Below are positions 56,874 through 64,000 of a stretch of DNA of 64,000 bases, piece by piece. The position numbers and the translations under genes were made by a program. The notes under the pieces are model-generated. The model made no database searches. It was not told where the DNA came from and saw only the letters and a list, made by a program, of their open reading frames with translations. Origin of the DNA: Opitutales bacterium. Lineage in GTDB: Bacteria > Verrucomicrobiota > Verrucomicrobiia > Opitutales > JBHJGM01. Where the stretch lies: assembly GCA_050331595.1 (NCBI GenBank), contig JBHJGQ010000017.1, positions 98,415 through 162,414 on the forward strand, given 5' to 3'. Positions within the stretch are counted from its first letter, which is position 1; every line of letters starts with the position of its first letter.

Positions 56874-59381
56874 CTACCGCGTGATGCGCGTGTACTTGGG
56901 CTGATAGCGCAGGCGTTGGGAAAACGTCAGCTCGGGCAGGGATTGCGGGCTGGGCGACTGCGGCAGCGCTTCCAGATGTTGACGGGCTTGCCCCTGCAGC
57001 TGAGTCCAACGCTCCCAGTCCAACCCGGGGGCCCCCGCGATGTGGTTGAGCAGACTGCGCCACTCCAAAAAAGCGCGTTCGATGTCGCCGGCACGCAGGT
57101 TTTCGGTGATCAGCTGGTGGCGCGTGGCCGGGTTGTCGCGAATCAACCGCAGGATCTCCGAAGCGCCGTTGCCGTACTCCGTCGGGACGCCGTGCACAAG
57201 GTAGCCGCTCAGCGTTGCCCCGCGATAGGTCATGCGGCAGATGCTGGCCAGGCGACCGCTGGAGTTTTCGTAGTCCTGAAAACGATGGCCCGCGCGCAGG
57301 TTGGCCAAATCCCAGGCCAGTTCGTCGACCGGGTAAGTCGTGTCTTCCAACGCGGCGGCGACCGCCAGGCCCTCTCCGTGGTTGAAAAAGGAAAAAATCT
57401 CGCCACGCCGGGTGGGTACGCCGTGGCGGTCGATCAGGCCGAGGTAACGCCAGTTTTCGGCCGGGGTGCGGCTGTCGAAGACCGTGGCGTTGCCGGCGAT
57501 TTCGGCAAAAGAGGGAAAGGGCGCGCATTCGGTCTCGCGGCGCGGCGCGTTGATCAGGGCCTGCCCGCAGCTGTCCACGCGGGCCAGCACCCAGGCCTCG
57601 GAAAAATCCAAACGCACCGAGAACAAGCCGTTTTTTTCCTGGAAGCGCACGACCTTGCCCCCGTTGAGCAGTTCCGGCATCAGCGGCAGGATCTGCATTT
57701 CCAGGTCAATCAGGGTACAGCCGCGCCGGATGCCGCGGGTAGGTTCCTTGCGCTGCTGGGCACGCTCGCGCAGGGCTTTGAGCAGCCACTTGACCAGGAG
57801 CACCTCGCCGCGCTTGGGGTCGTCGGCCAGGGTCGCCACCGGCACCTCACGCCCGTAGATTTTGCGCTTGCCCGACTTGAGCCGGCAGAGGTTGCCCTGT
57901 TCGATGGATTTCAGCGACTGCGGCAGCGAAAGCGCCGGGTACCACTGCTCGTCGGCGTAAATCCAGGCCTGGCCTAAACGGACTTTCGTGCGCGGGCGCT
58001 GGCGCTCCCACTCCTGGCGCGCGTTGAGCATCTCGACCATCCGGTTGAAGCGGGCGTTGCCCGGCGGCGCCGGGACCCCTTCGGCCGCTTCCAGTTCGCT
58101 CAACCGCTCGAAGCCCAACTCCGGCGGGTGGTTGGTGAAGAGCCGGCCATGCAGCCGGTGGGCGGCCTCCAGTGGTGAGCGCCCGCTGCGTCTGGCCTCG
58201 CGCATCACCGCCAGGTAACTCGGCCAGTCCAGGTGCTCCACGCGCTTCAGCTTGAGGGGGCGCGCCTCGTTGAGGCGGGGCTTGCCGGGGGCGACCAGCA
58301 CGTAGCCGATTTCATCCAACCCACGCCGACCGGCCCGGCCAAACATTTGCAACAGCTCATCCGGGCGCACCTGCACCTTGTGCGAGCCGCGCTGGTACTC
58401 GCGATCGGTCACGAGGACCGCGCGCATACAGAAATTGATCCCGGCGGCCAGCCCCGTGGTCGCCACCACAATCTGCAACTGCCCGGACTTGGCCAGCGGC
58501 TCGATCAGCCCGGCGCGTTGATGGTAGCTCAAACCGCTGTGGTGGTAGGCCACGCGCTGGCGCAAGAGCTTGGCCAGGGAGTCGCCCACGAGGGACTTTT
58601 GCTCGGGCGTCAACTCCAGGGGGTCGGGGTGGGGCAGGGCCCCCGCCAGGTGGCGGGCCAGTTCCTCGGCGGCCTTGCGGCGCGGCGCGAACAGCAACAC
58701 CGGTCCAAAGCCGGCCTGCAGCGCTTTGGCGACCATTTGTGGCCAAAAACCGCGGATGCCCGGCGGGATGTTCTGGCGCAGCGCTTCAGCAAAAATCTCG
58801 TCCTGAGGCACGGGACGTTCGGCGTGGTCCACCAGCACGGCATCGCGCCCAATGCGCTTGAGCCAGTTGACGGCCCGCTCCGGGTTGGCCACCGAGCCGC
58901 TCAGCAGCAGCAACTGCGTGGGCGCGGGCGCCATCGCCACGGCCAGCTCGTAATTGCCGCCGCGCACCGCGTCGCCCAGCATCTGGTATTCGTCGATGAC
59001 GAGCAGATCCGGGCCTTCGCCCCGCAGCAGTCGGCTCTTTTGCGTCTCGAGCGTGGCGACGATCACCGGGGCATCGAGGTTTTCGGCCAGGTCACCGGTG
59101 GCGATGCCGACGTTCCAGCCTCGTGCGCGCCATTCGTAGAGCTTGTCGTTAGCGAGAGCCCGCGTGGGCACCGTATAAACCGCCTGCCCGCGCAGCTGAC
59201 CCGAGGCGACAAGCGTTTCGAAGATGAACGTTTTGCCGGCCCCAGTGGGCGCGTGCACCACGACGTCCCGTCCCTCCCTCAAGTGGCGGGCGGCCTGCTG
59301 CTGCCAAATGTCCGGCAGCTTCAGGCTGGTGGCAATGCCTTCCACAAGATCTGATGTGACGGGCCGCCATCGTGGAGGCAA
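56874..59381 (-). CDS. Ski2-like DExH-type superfamily-2 helicase with uncharacterised C-terminal half
   Basis: 835 aa (TTG start, uncertain). Motif I HAPTGAGKT, motif II VIDEYQ, motif VI FGRAGRRG. About 430 aa C-terminal to the core have no motif I recognise. Confidence 0.85.
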   Translation of the reverse strand: MPPRWRPVTSDLVEGIATSLKLPDIWQQQAARHLREGRDVVVHAPTGAGKTFIFETLVASGQLRGQAVYTVPTRALANDKLYEWRARGWNVGIATGDLAENLDAPVIVATLETQKSRLLRGEGPDLLVIDEYQMLGDAVRGGNYELAVAMAPAPTQLLLLSGSVANPERAVNWLKRIGRDAVLVDHAERPVPQDEIFAEALRQNIPPGIRGFWPQMVAKALQAGFGPVLLFAPRRKAAEELARHLAGALPHPDPLELTPEQKSLVGDSLAKLLRQRVAYHHSGLSYHQRAGLIEPLAKSGQLQIVVATTGLAAGINFCMRAVLVTDREYQRGSHKVQVRPDELLQMFGRAGRRGLDEIGYVLVAPGKPRLNEARPLKLKRVEHLDWPSYLAVMREARRSGRSPLEAAHRLHGRLFTNHPPELGFERLSELEAAEGVPAPPGNARFNRMVEMLNARQEWERQRPRTKVRLGQAWIYADEQWYPALSLPQSLKSIEQGNLCRLKSGKRKIYGREVPVATLADDPKRGEVLLVKWLLKALRERAQQRKEPTRGIRRGCTLIDLEMQILPLMPELLNGGKVVRFQEKNGLFSVRLDFSEAWVLARVDSCGQALINAPRRETECAPFPSFAEIAGNATVFDSRTPAENWRYLGLIDRHGVPTRRGEIFSFFNHGEGLAVAAALEDTTYPVDELAWDLANLRAGHRFQDYENSSGRLASICRMTYRGATLSGYLVHGVPTEYGNGASEILRLIRDNPATRHQLITENLRAGDIERAFLEWRSLLNHIAGAPGLDWERWTQLQGQARQHLEALPQSPSPQSLPELTFSQRLRYQPKYTRITR

Positions 59382-59563
59382 CCTCTTTTGGGAAGGGGAA
59401 GGTTACATTTCGGTGGCGTGTGCGTACATGCGTTTCCCTGCAAAATGCCCCGAGCGCCGAGCGGAATCCAATACCGGGATCTAGGGATTGTTAAGAAAAG
59501 GGTAAACTTTACTCCTTCTGGTCGATTTGTGGGGCATAACCCTCTTTGGGAGAACTTGAACGC

Positions 59564-59944
59564 ATGGTAGCCCCCAACTCGGCATTGATTGTCGATGACG
59601 AACAGCACGTGCGCCTCTACGTGAAGCTGGTCCTGAAATCGCTTGGGATCCAGAATTTCTACGAGGCGGAAAACGGTGCTGCGGGCGTCGAATCCTACGC
59701 CCAGAACCGGCCCGAGCTGGTGCTGATGGACGTTTCCATGCCGGTGATGGACGGGGTTGCGGCCCTGCGAAAAATCAACGAGGCCGATCCAGAGGCGCTC
59801 GTCATCATGCTCACCTCCATGGCCTCGCGGGAGATCGTGGAGGAGTGCGCCGAAAATGGCGCGATCAATTACGTCCGCAAGGATGTGCCCCGCGAAGAAC
59901 TGGCCCACCTGCTGCGCGAGACGATCCATGATTACTACGAGTAG
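59564..59944 (+). CDS. stand-alone CheY-like response-regulator receiver
   Basis: 126 aa from ATG 59564. ALIVDDE, phospho-acceptor LVLMDVSMPVMDG, MLTSM, YVRKD. No output domain. Confidence 0.88.
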   Translation: MVAPNSALIVDDEQHVRLYVKLVLKSLGIQNFYEAENGAAGVESYAQNRPELVLMDVSMPVMDGVAALRKINEADPEALVIMLTSMASREIVEECAENGAINYVRKDVPREELAHLLRETIHDYYE

Positions 59945-59954
59945 CAACGAGGGT

Positions 59955-60161
59955 ATGCCCGAGCCTCCCGCCGGTACCACCCGCTCGCCCTTTGGCGCGG
60001 CGGGCGGCAAGACGCGCGTGGTTCGCTACAGCCTCGAAGAGATGCTCAAAGAGGTCGAAATCGAGCGCGATGCCTCCGACATGGGCCGTGAGGTGATCGA
60101 TCAGAGCGAGATCAAGGGACTCTTTAACAAAAACAAAAAGAAGAAGCGTGCCGCCAACTGA
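59955..60161 (+). CDS. 68-aa hypothetical protein with Lys-rich C-terminus
   Basis: ATG lies 10 nt after the receiver stop. The 3' end overlaps the ATPase GTG start by 14 nt. Ends ..REVIDQSEIKGLFNKNKKKKRAAN. Confidence 0.5.
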   Translation: MPEPPAGTTRSPFGAAGGKTRVVRYSLEEMLKEVEIERDASDMGREVIDQSEIKGLFNKNKKKKRAAN

Positions 60162-61881
60162 CACACAGACGCCGCCGGCCAAGGGGAACGAAAACTTCGC
60201 GCGCCTCGTCCGCGCGGAGAAGGATTTCCTGACGGAGAACCAGCTGGAGATGCTCGAGCGCAAGCACGGGCGCGGTACCCTCGAGATGGCCGAAGCGCTC
60301 GTCTCCGAGAACCTGATTTCGCACAAGGAGGTCTGCCGGCTGTGGGGCGACTCGGTCAACGCCGCCCACGTGGATCTGCTCAAGACCGTGGTGACCGCCG
60401 AGGCCCTCGGCAAGCTGCCCGTTCAAATCGCGCGCAAGGCCCAGGCCCTGCCCCTGTACGTCATCAACGACGTGCTCACGGTGGCGGTTTCCGACCCCAA
60501 CGACCAGGCGATGATCCGGCGGCTCGAAGGCATCAGCGGTCTGCCCGTCAGCACCGTCTTTGCCCTGCCCTCGGAGGTGCGCGACTCCATCGAGGTCTAC
60601 TATTCCTCCGACAAGGATGTCACGGCGATCCTCTCCGAGCTGTCCGAATCCGGCAAGTTGCTGCTGAGCCAGTTTTCCAGCGACGAGATTGTGGAGTTGT
60701 CCGAGTCGAAGTCCCTCATCCGCATTGTCGATGCGATCATCTACTTCGCCATGCGCGAGCGTACCTCGGACATCCACATCGAGCCCCATGTGGAAGAAAC
60801 CACGGTGCGCTTTCGCATCGATGGCCGTCTGCGCGAGATGCTCCGCTTCTCCAAGACGATCCACAAGGCGATCATGTGTCGCATCAAGATCCTCTGTGAC
60901 CTGAACATCGCCGAATCGCGCTTCCCGCAAGACGGCCGCTTCAGCATGCCCCTGGGCCCGCGCACGGCGGACTTTCGCGTCTCGGTCATCCCGACCGTCG
61001 AAGGTGAGAAATGCGTGATCCGCATCCTGGCTTCGGCCAACAAAGCCGAGTTCCTGAACCTGGACAAGATGCTGATCTCGCAGAGCGTGCTGGAGCCCCT
61101 GCGTGAAGCCATCCGCAGCCCCAACGGGATCATTTTCGTGACCGGCCCCACCGGCTCGGGCAAGACCACCACCCTCTACGCCGCCCTGCAGGAACTGCGC
61201 AGCGTGACCACCAACATCGTCACCATCGAGGACCCGGTGGAGATGAAGATGGAGGGCGTAACCCAGGCGCAGGTGAACACCCACATCGACCTGAAGTTTT
61301 CGACGCTGCTGCGCGCGATGCTGCGGCAGGACCCCGACGTGATGCTCGTGGGCGAAATCCGCGACCTGGAAACGGCCAAGATCGCCTGCGAGGCCGCCCT
61401 GACCGGCCACCTGGTTTTCGCCACACTGCACACCAACAACGCCGTGCAGGCTGTCCTGCGCCTGGTGGAGATTGGCATCGAGCCGTACATGGTGGCACCG
61501 GCGGTGCAGGCCGTGCTGGCCCAGCGCCTGGCCGCGCGCACCTGCGACCGGTGCAAGGAAAGCTACCCGGCCGACGAGGAAGTCCTTTCACGCTACTTCC
61601 ACGACAGCGCCGGCAAGGAAGTGTCGCTCTACGTGGGCCGCGGCTGTGACGCCTGCCGCAAGTCCGGCTACAGCGGACGCGTTGCCCTGCACGAGCTGGC
61701 TCTCGTGACCGAGGAGATGCGCTCCCTGATTTCGGCCAACCGTAGCAGCCAGGAGTTGACCGCCGCCGCCAAACGCGGGGGCTACCGGCCGCTGCGCTAC
61801 GACGGCCTCAAGAAAGCGCTGCTGGGCGTCACCACACTCGAGGAAATCGAGCACGTCACCTCCTTCGAGTGGGCGGTCTAG
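60148..61881 (+). CDS. GspE/PilB-family secretion ATPase
   Basis: 577 aa with GTG start. T2SSE_N-like N-domain, Walker A GPTGSGKTTT, Walker B DPDVMLVGEIRD, His box TGHLVFATLHTN, tetracysteine CDRC..CDAC. Confidence 0.9.
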   Translation: MPPTDTQTPPAKGNENFARLVRAEKDFLTENQLEMLERKHGRGTLEMAEALVSENLISHKEVCRLWGDSVNAAHVDLLKTVVTAEALGKLPVQIARKAQALPLYVINDVLTVAVSDPNDQAMIRRLEGISGLPVSTVFALPSEVRDSIEVYYSSDKDVTAILSELSESGKLLLSQFSSDEIVELSESKSLIRIVDAIIYFAMRERTSDIHIEPHVEETTVRFRIDGRLREMLRFSKTIHKAIMCRIKILCDLNIAESRFPQDGRFSMPLGPRTADFRVSVIPTVEGEKCVIRILASANKAEFLNLDKMLISQSVLEPLREAIRSPNGIIFVTGPTGSGKTTTLYAALQELRSVTTNIVTIEDPVEMKMEGVTQAQVNTHIDLKFSTLLRAMLRQDPDVMLVGEIRDLETAKIACEAALTGHLVFATLHTNNAVQAVLRLVEIGIEPYMVAPAVQAVLAQRLAARTCDRCKESYPADEEVLSRYFHDSAGKEVSLYVGRGCDACRKSGYSGRVALHELALVTEEMRSLISANRSSQELTAAAKRGGYRPLRYDGLKKALLGVTTLEEIEHVTSFEWAV

Positions 61882-61972
61882 CTCGCATTGCTGGGCGCGG
61901 ACTTTTTCGGTAACTGCCGTCTGCGCGAGGCGGTTCACCGTGCCGGGCGCGTCTGCGAGGCCATCGCCGCAC

Positions 61973-64000
61973 CTACAGGCCCGGGTCGCTGACCGCGAAG
62001 CGGTAGTCGCCGGCTTTCAGCACGAAGCGGATCACCGCCGAGTCCGCTGCCGGATCGGTTCCACGTTCGATGCGATGCAGGCCCTCCACCGCTTCCAGCG
62101 GCTGCTCGGACTCGCTCACCTCCGCTTCCGGCGCCGCCGGCAGGGTGACGCTGGCAGTCGTGTTGGGCGGAATGGTCAGCGCGCAGGTGAAGGGTCCGTC
62201 GCCCTCGGCGCGTTTCCAGTCGATGGTCAGCGGCCCGTGCAGCGTCTTGAGCGAGGCGCGGGCGTGCGTCAGCCCGGCGGTGGGGCGCGGGTGGATGCGC
62301 GCGTGCTTGTAGGCGGGCAGCTCCGGGTCGATTTCCAGGCCGGCCACGACTTGATACAGCCAGGCTCCAATCGCGCCGTAAGCGTAGTGGTTGAAGGAGT
62401 TCATGCCCTTGTCCTGAAAGCCCTTGTCGTGGGTCCAGCCATCCCAGCGTTCCCAGATCGTGGTCGCCCCCTGCGTCACGGCGTACAGCCAGCTGGGCCA
62501 GGACTCCTGCAAGAGCAACTGCCCGGCAAGGTCGTGATGCCCGTTGGCGGTCAGGACGTGGTTGATGTAAGGACTGCCGAGGAAGCCCGCGGAGAGATGC
62601 AGCTTCCGTCGTCGGATGGATTCCACCAGGTACGCCGCCGTCTGCGCGCGCAGGGTCTCCGGCACCAGATCGAAGTACAACGCCAGGATGTAGGCTGTCT
62701 GCGACTGCGAGGCCACGTCGCCGGTCGGCGTCAGGTAGTGGCGTTGAAAGGCGTCGCGGACGGTGGCGAACAGCTCGCTGTAATGGGTGGCCTCGGCGGG
62801 CTTGTCCAGCAGCCGGGCAATCCGCGCCATGAGCCGGGCCACGTAGGCAAAGAAGGCGGTCGCGATCAGATCCTTGGGCGTGGCGTCGTCGATGTTGAGC
62901 CAGTCGCCAAAGCCGTACCAGCCGTCGTAGCCCGGATAGCAGCGGATGTGGTCGCGGTGCGTGCGCTCCAAGAAGCTCATGTAGGCTTTGAAGACCGGCC
63001 AGTGCCGCTGGAGGATCGCCGTGTCGCCGTAGCACAGATAAATGGTCCAGGGGCAGATGATGCAGGCATCCGCCCAGCCGGGGCCGCCATCCTGGTGGAT
63101 GATGCCGGTGTTGGGCACAACTGGGGGCACCTCGCCCTGGTCGCTCTGGGAGTCGGCCACGTCCTCGGCCCACTTGGTGAAGAAACCGGCCACGTCCATG
63201 TTGTAGGCCGCCGTACGGATGAAAATCTGCGCATCGCCCGTCCAACCGAGGCGCTCGTCGCGTTGCGGGCAATCGGTGGGTACCTCCAGAAAGTTCCCCC
63301 GTTGCCCCCACTGGATGTTGTGCTGCAATTGGTTGAGCAACGGGTTGGAGCACTCGAATTCGCCGGTCAGAGCCGTGTCCGACTGCAGCACGATGCCGGT
63401 GATTGAATCGCGGGTGGGGTACTCCAGGAGCTTGTCGAACGACTCGCCCGCGCCCTTGAAGTAAAGCTCCACGTAGCGAAACCCGTGGAAGGTGAAGCGC
63501 GGTTCGTAGACTTCGGCGTCGGCGTCGCCGCGCAGGGTGTAATAGTCGGTGGCCTTGGCGGTGCGCAGGTTCTCGTAGTAGGGCAGACCCTGGGCGTCGA
63601 GCACCTCGGCGTAACGCAAGGCGATCGTGGTGCCGGCCTTCCCCTTCACCTTAAGGCGTACCCAGCCAACCATGTTCTGGCCCAGGTCAAAGACGATCCG
63701 GCGCTGTCCCCAGCTTTTGTCCGGCTCCCACGGATCGCGCACCGGCGTCAGCTCCATCTGCGAGCGCATGGTGACCCCCTTTTGCGCGACGAGCGGCACG
63801 CCGGTGTCCTCAAACAGCTTCACGCGGTCCCAGTCGCCATCGTCAAAATCCGGCGCGCACCAATCCTCCAGCGCATAGCGGGCGTCGTAGCTCTCGCCCA
63901 TGAGCATGTCCGACTCGAGGATCGCGCCGGTGGCGTAGCGCCAGGTTTCATCGCTGAGGACGGTGTGGGTGCTGCCGTCAGCGCACGTCACTTCAAGCTG
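61973..64000 (-). CDS. alpha-L-rhamnosidase (GH78), 5'-truncated by window edge
   Basis: Reading frame is open to position 64000. GH78 catalytic-domain signature EVPTDCPQRDERLGWTGDAQIF plus the six-hairpin region. Confidence 0.9.
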   Translation of the reverse strand, partial: QLEVTCADGSTHTVLSDETWRYATGAILESDMLMGESYDARYALEDWCAPDFDDGDWDRVKLFEDTGVPLVAQKGVTMRSQMELTPVRDPWEPDKSWGQRRIVFDLGQNMVGWVRLKVKGKAGTTIALRYAEVLDAQGLPYYENLRTAKATDYYTLRGDADAEVYEPRFTFHGFRYVELYFKGAGESFDKLLEYPTRDSITGIVLQSDTALTGEFECSNPLLNQLQHNIQWGQRGNFLEVPTDCPQRDERLGWTGDAQIFIRTAAYNMDVAGFFTKWAEDVADSQSDQGEVPPVVPNTGIIHQDGGPGWADACIICPWTIYLCYGDTAILQRHWPVFKAYMSFLERTHRDHIRCYPGYDGWYGFGDWLNIDDATPKDLIATAFFAYVARLMARIARLLDKPAEATHYSELFATVRDAFQRHYLTPTGDVASQSQTAYILALYFDLVPETLRAQTAAYLVESIRRRKLHLSAGFLGSPYINHVLTANGHHDLAGQLLLQESWPSWLYAVTQGATTIWERWDGWTHDKGFQDKGMNSFNHYAYGAIGAWLYQVVAGLEIDPELPAYKHARIHPRPTAGLTHARASLKTLHGPLTIDWKRAEGDGPFTCALTIPPNTTASVTLPAAPEAEVSESEQPLEAVEGLHRIERGTDPAADSAVIRFVLKAGDYRFAVSDPGL

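Overview
GC-rich bacterial chromosomal segment with strong GC3 bias, which produces many long spurious antisense ORFs. The gene content (PEP-CTERM sorting signal, prepilin-type H-X9-DG protein, LpxI, GH78 and pectate-lyase-fold glycosidases, H1-like lysine-rich protein) suggests a PVC-group organism such as a verrucomicrobium; this is inference only. I call about 55 protein-coding genes. I found no rRNA, tRNA, CRISPR array, transposase or integrase. Most of the window is core housekeeping: tkt, hisI, amtB-glnK, galE, clpS, lpxI, leuS, HtrA, ribE, family-4 UDG, der, fmt, parB, secG, two class-I aminotransferases, icd, uvrA, valS and glnD. Accessory-looking pockets are a VapBC pair fused onto the der start, a PEP-CTERM / H-X9-DG / paralog surface cluster between uvrA and valS, and an orphan HicB-like gene. 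There is also a dedicated KS-ACP-flavoenzyme cassette. I did not find a clear-cut new defence or mobile system. The best candidates for something undescribed are: (1) a tightly coupled CheY-receiver + 68-aa ORF + orphan GspE/PilB-type ATPase cassette; (2) the His-rich PEP-CTERM / pseudopilin / paralog cluster; (3) a tandem-RHH protein with a histone-H1-like tail; (4) a dienelactone hydrolase fused to two anchorless ExbD-like domains; (5) the KS-ACP-desaturase cassette. All family calls come from motif recognition by eye on the supplied translations. No searches, folding or statistics were run.
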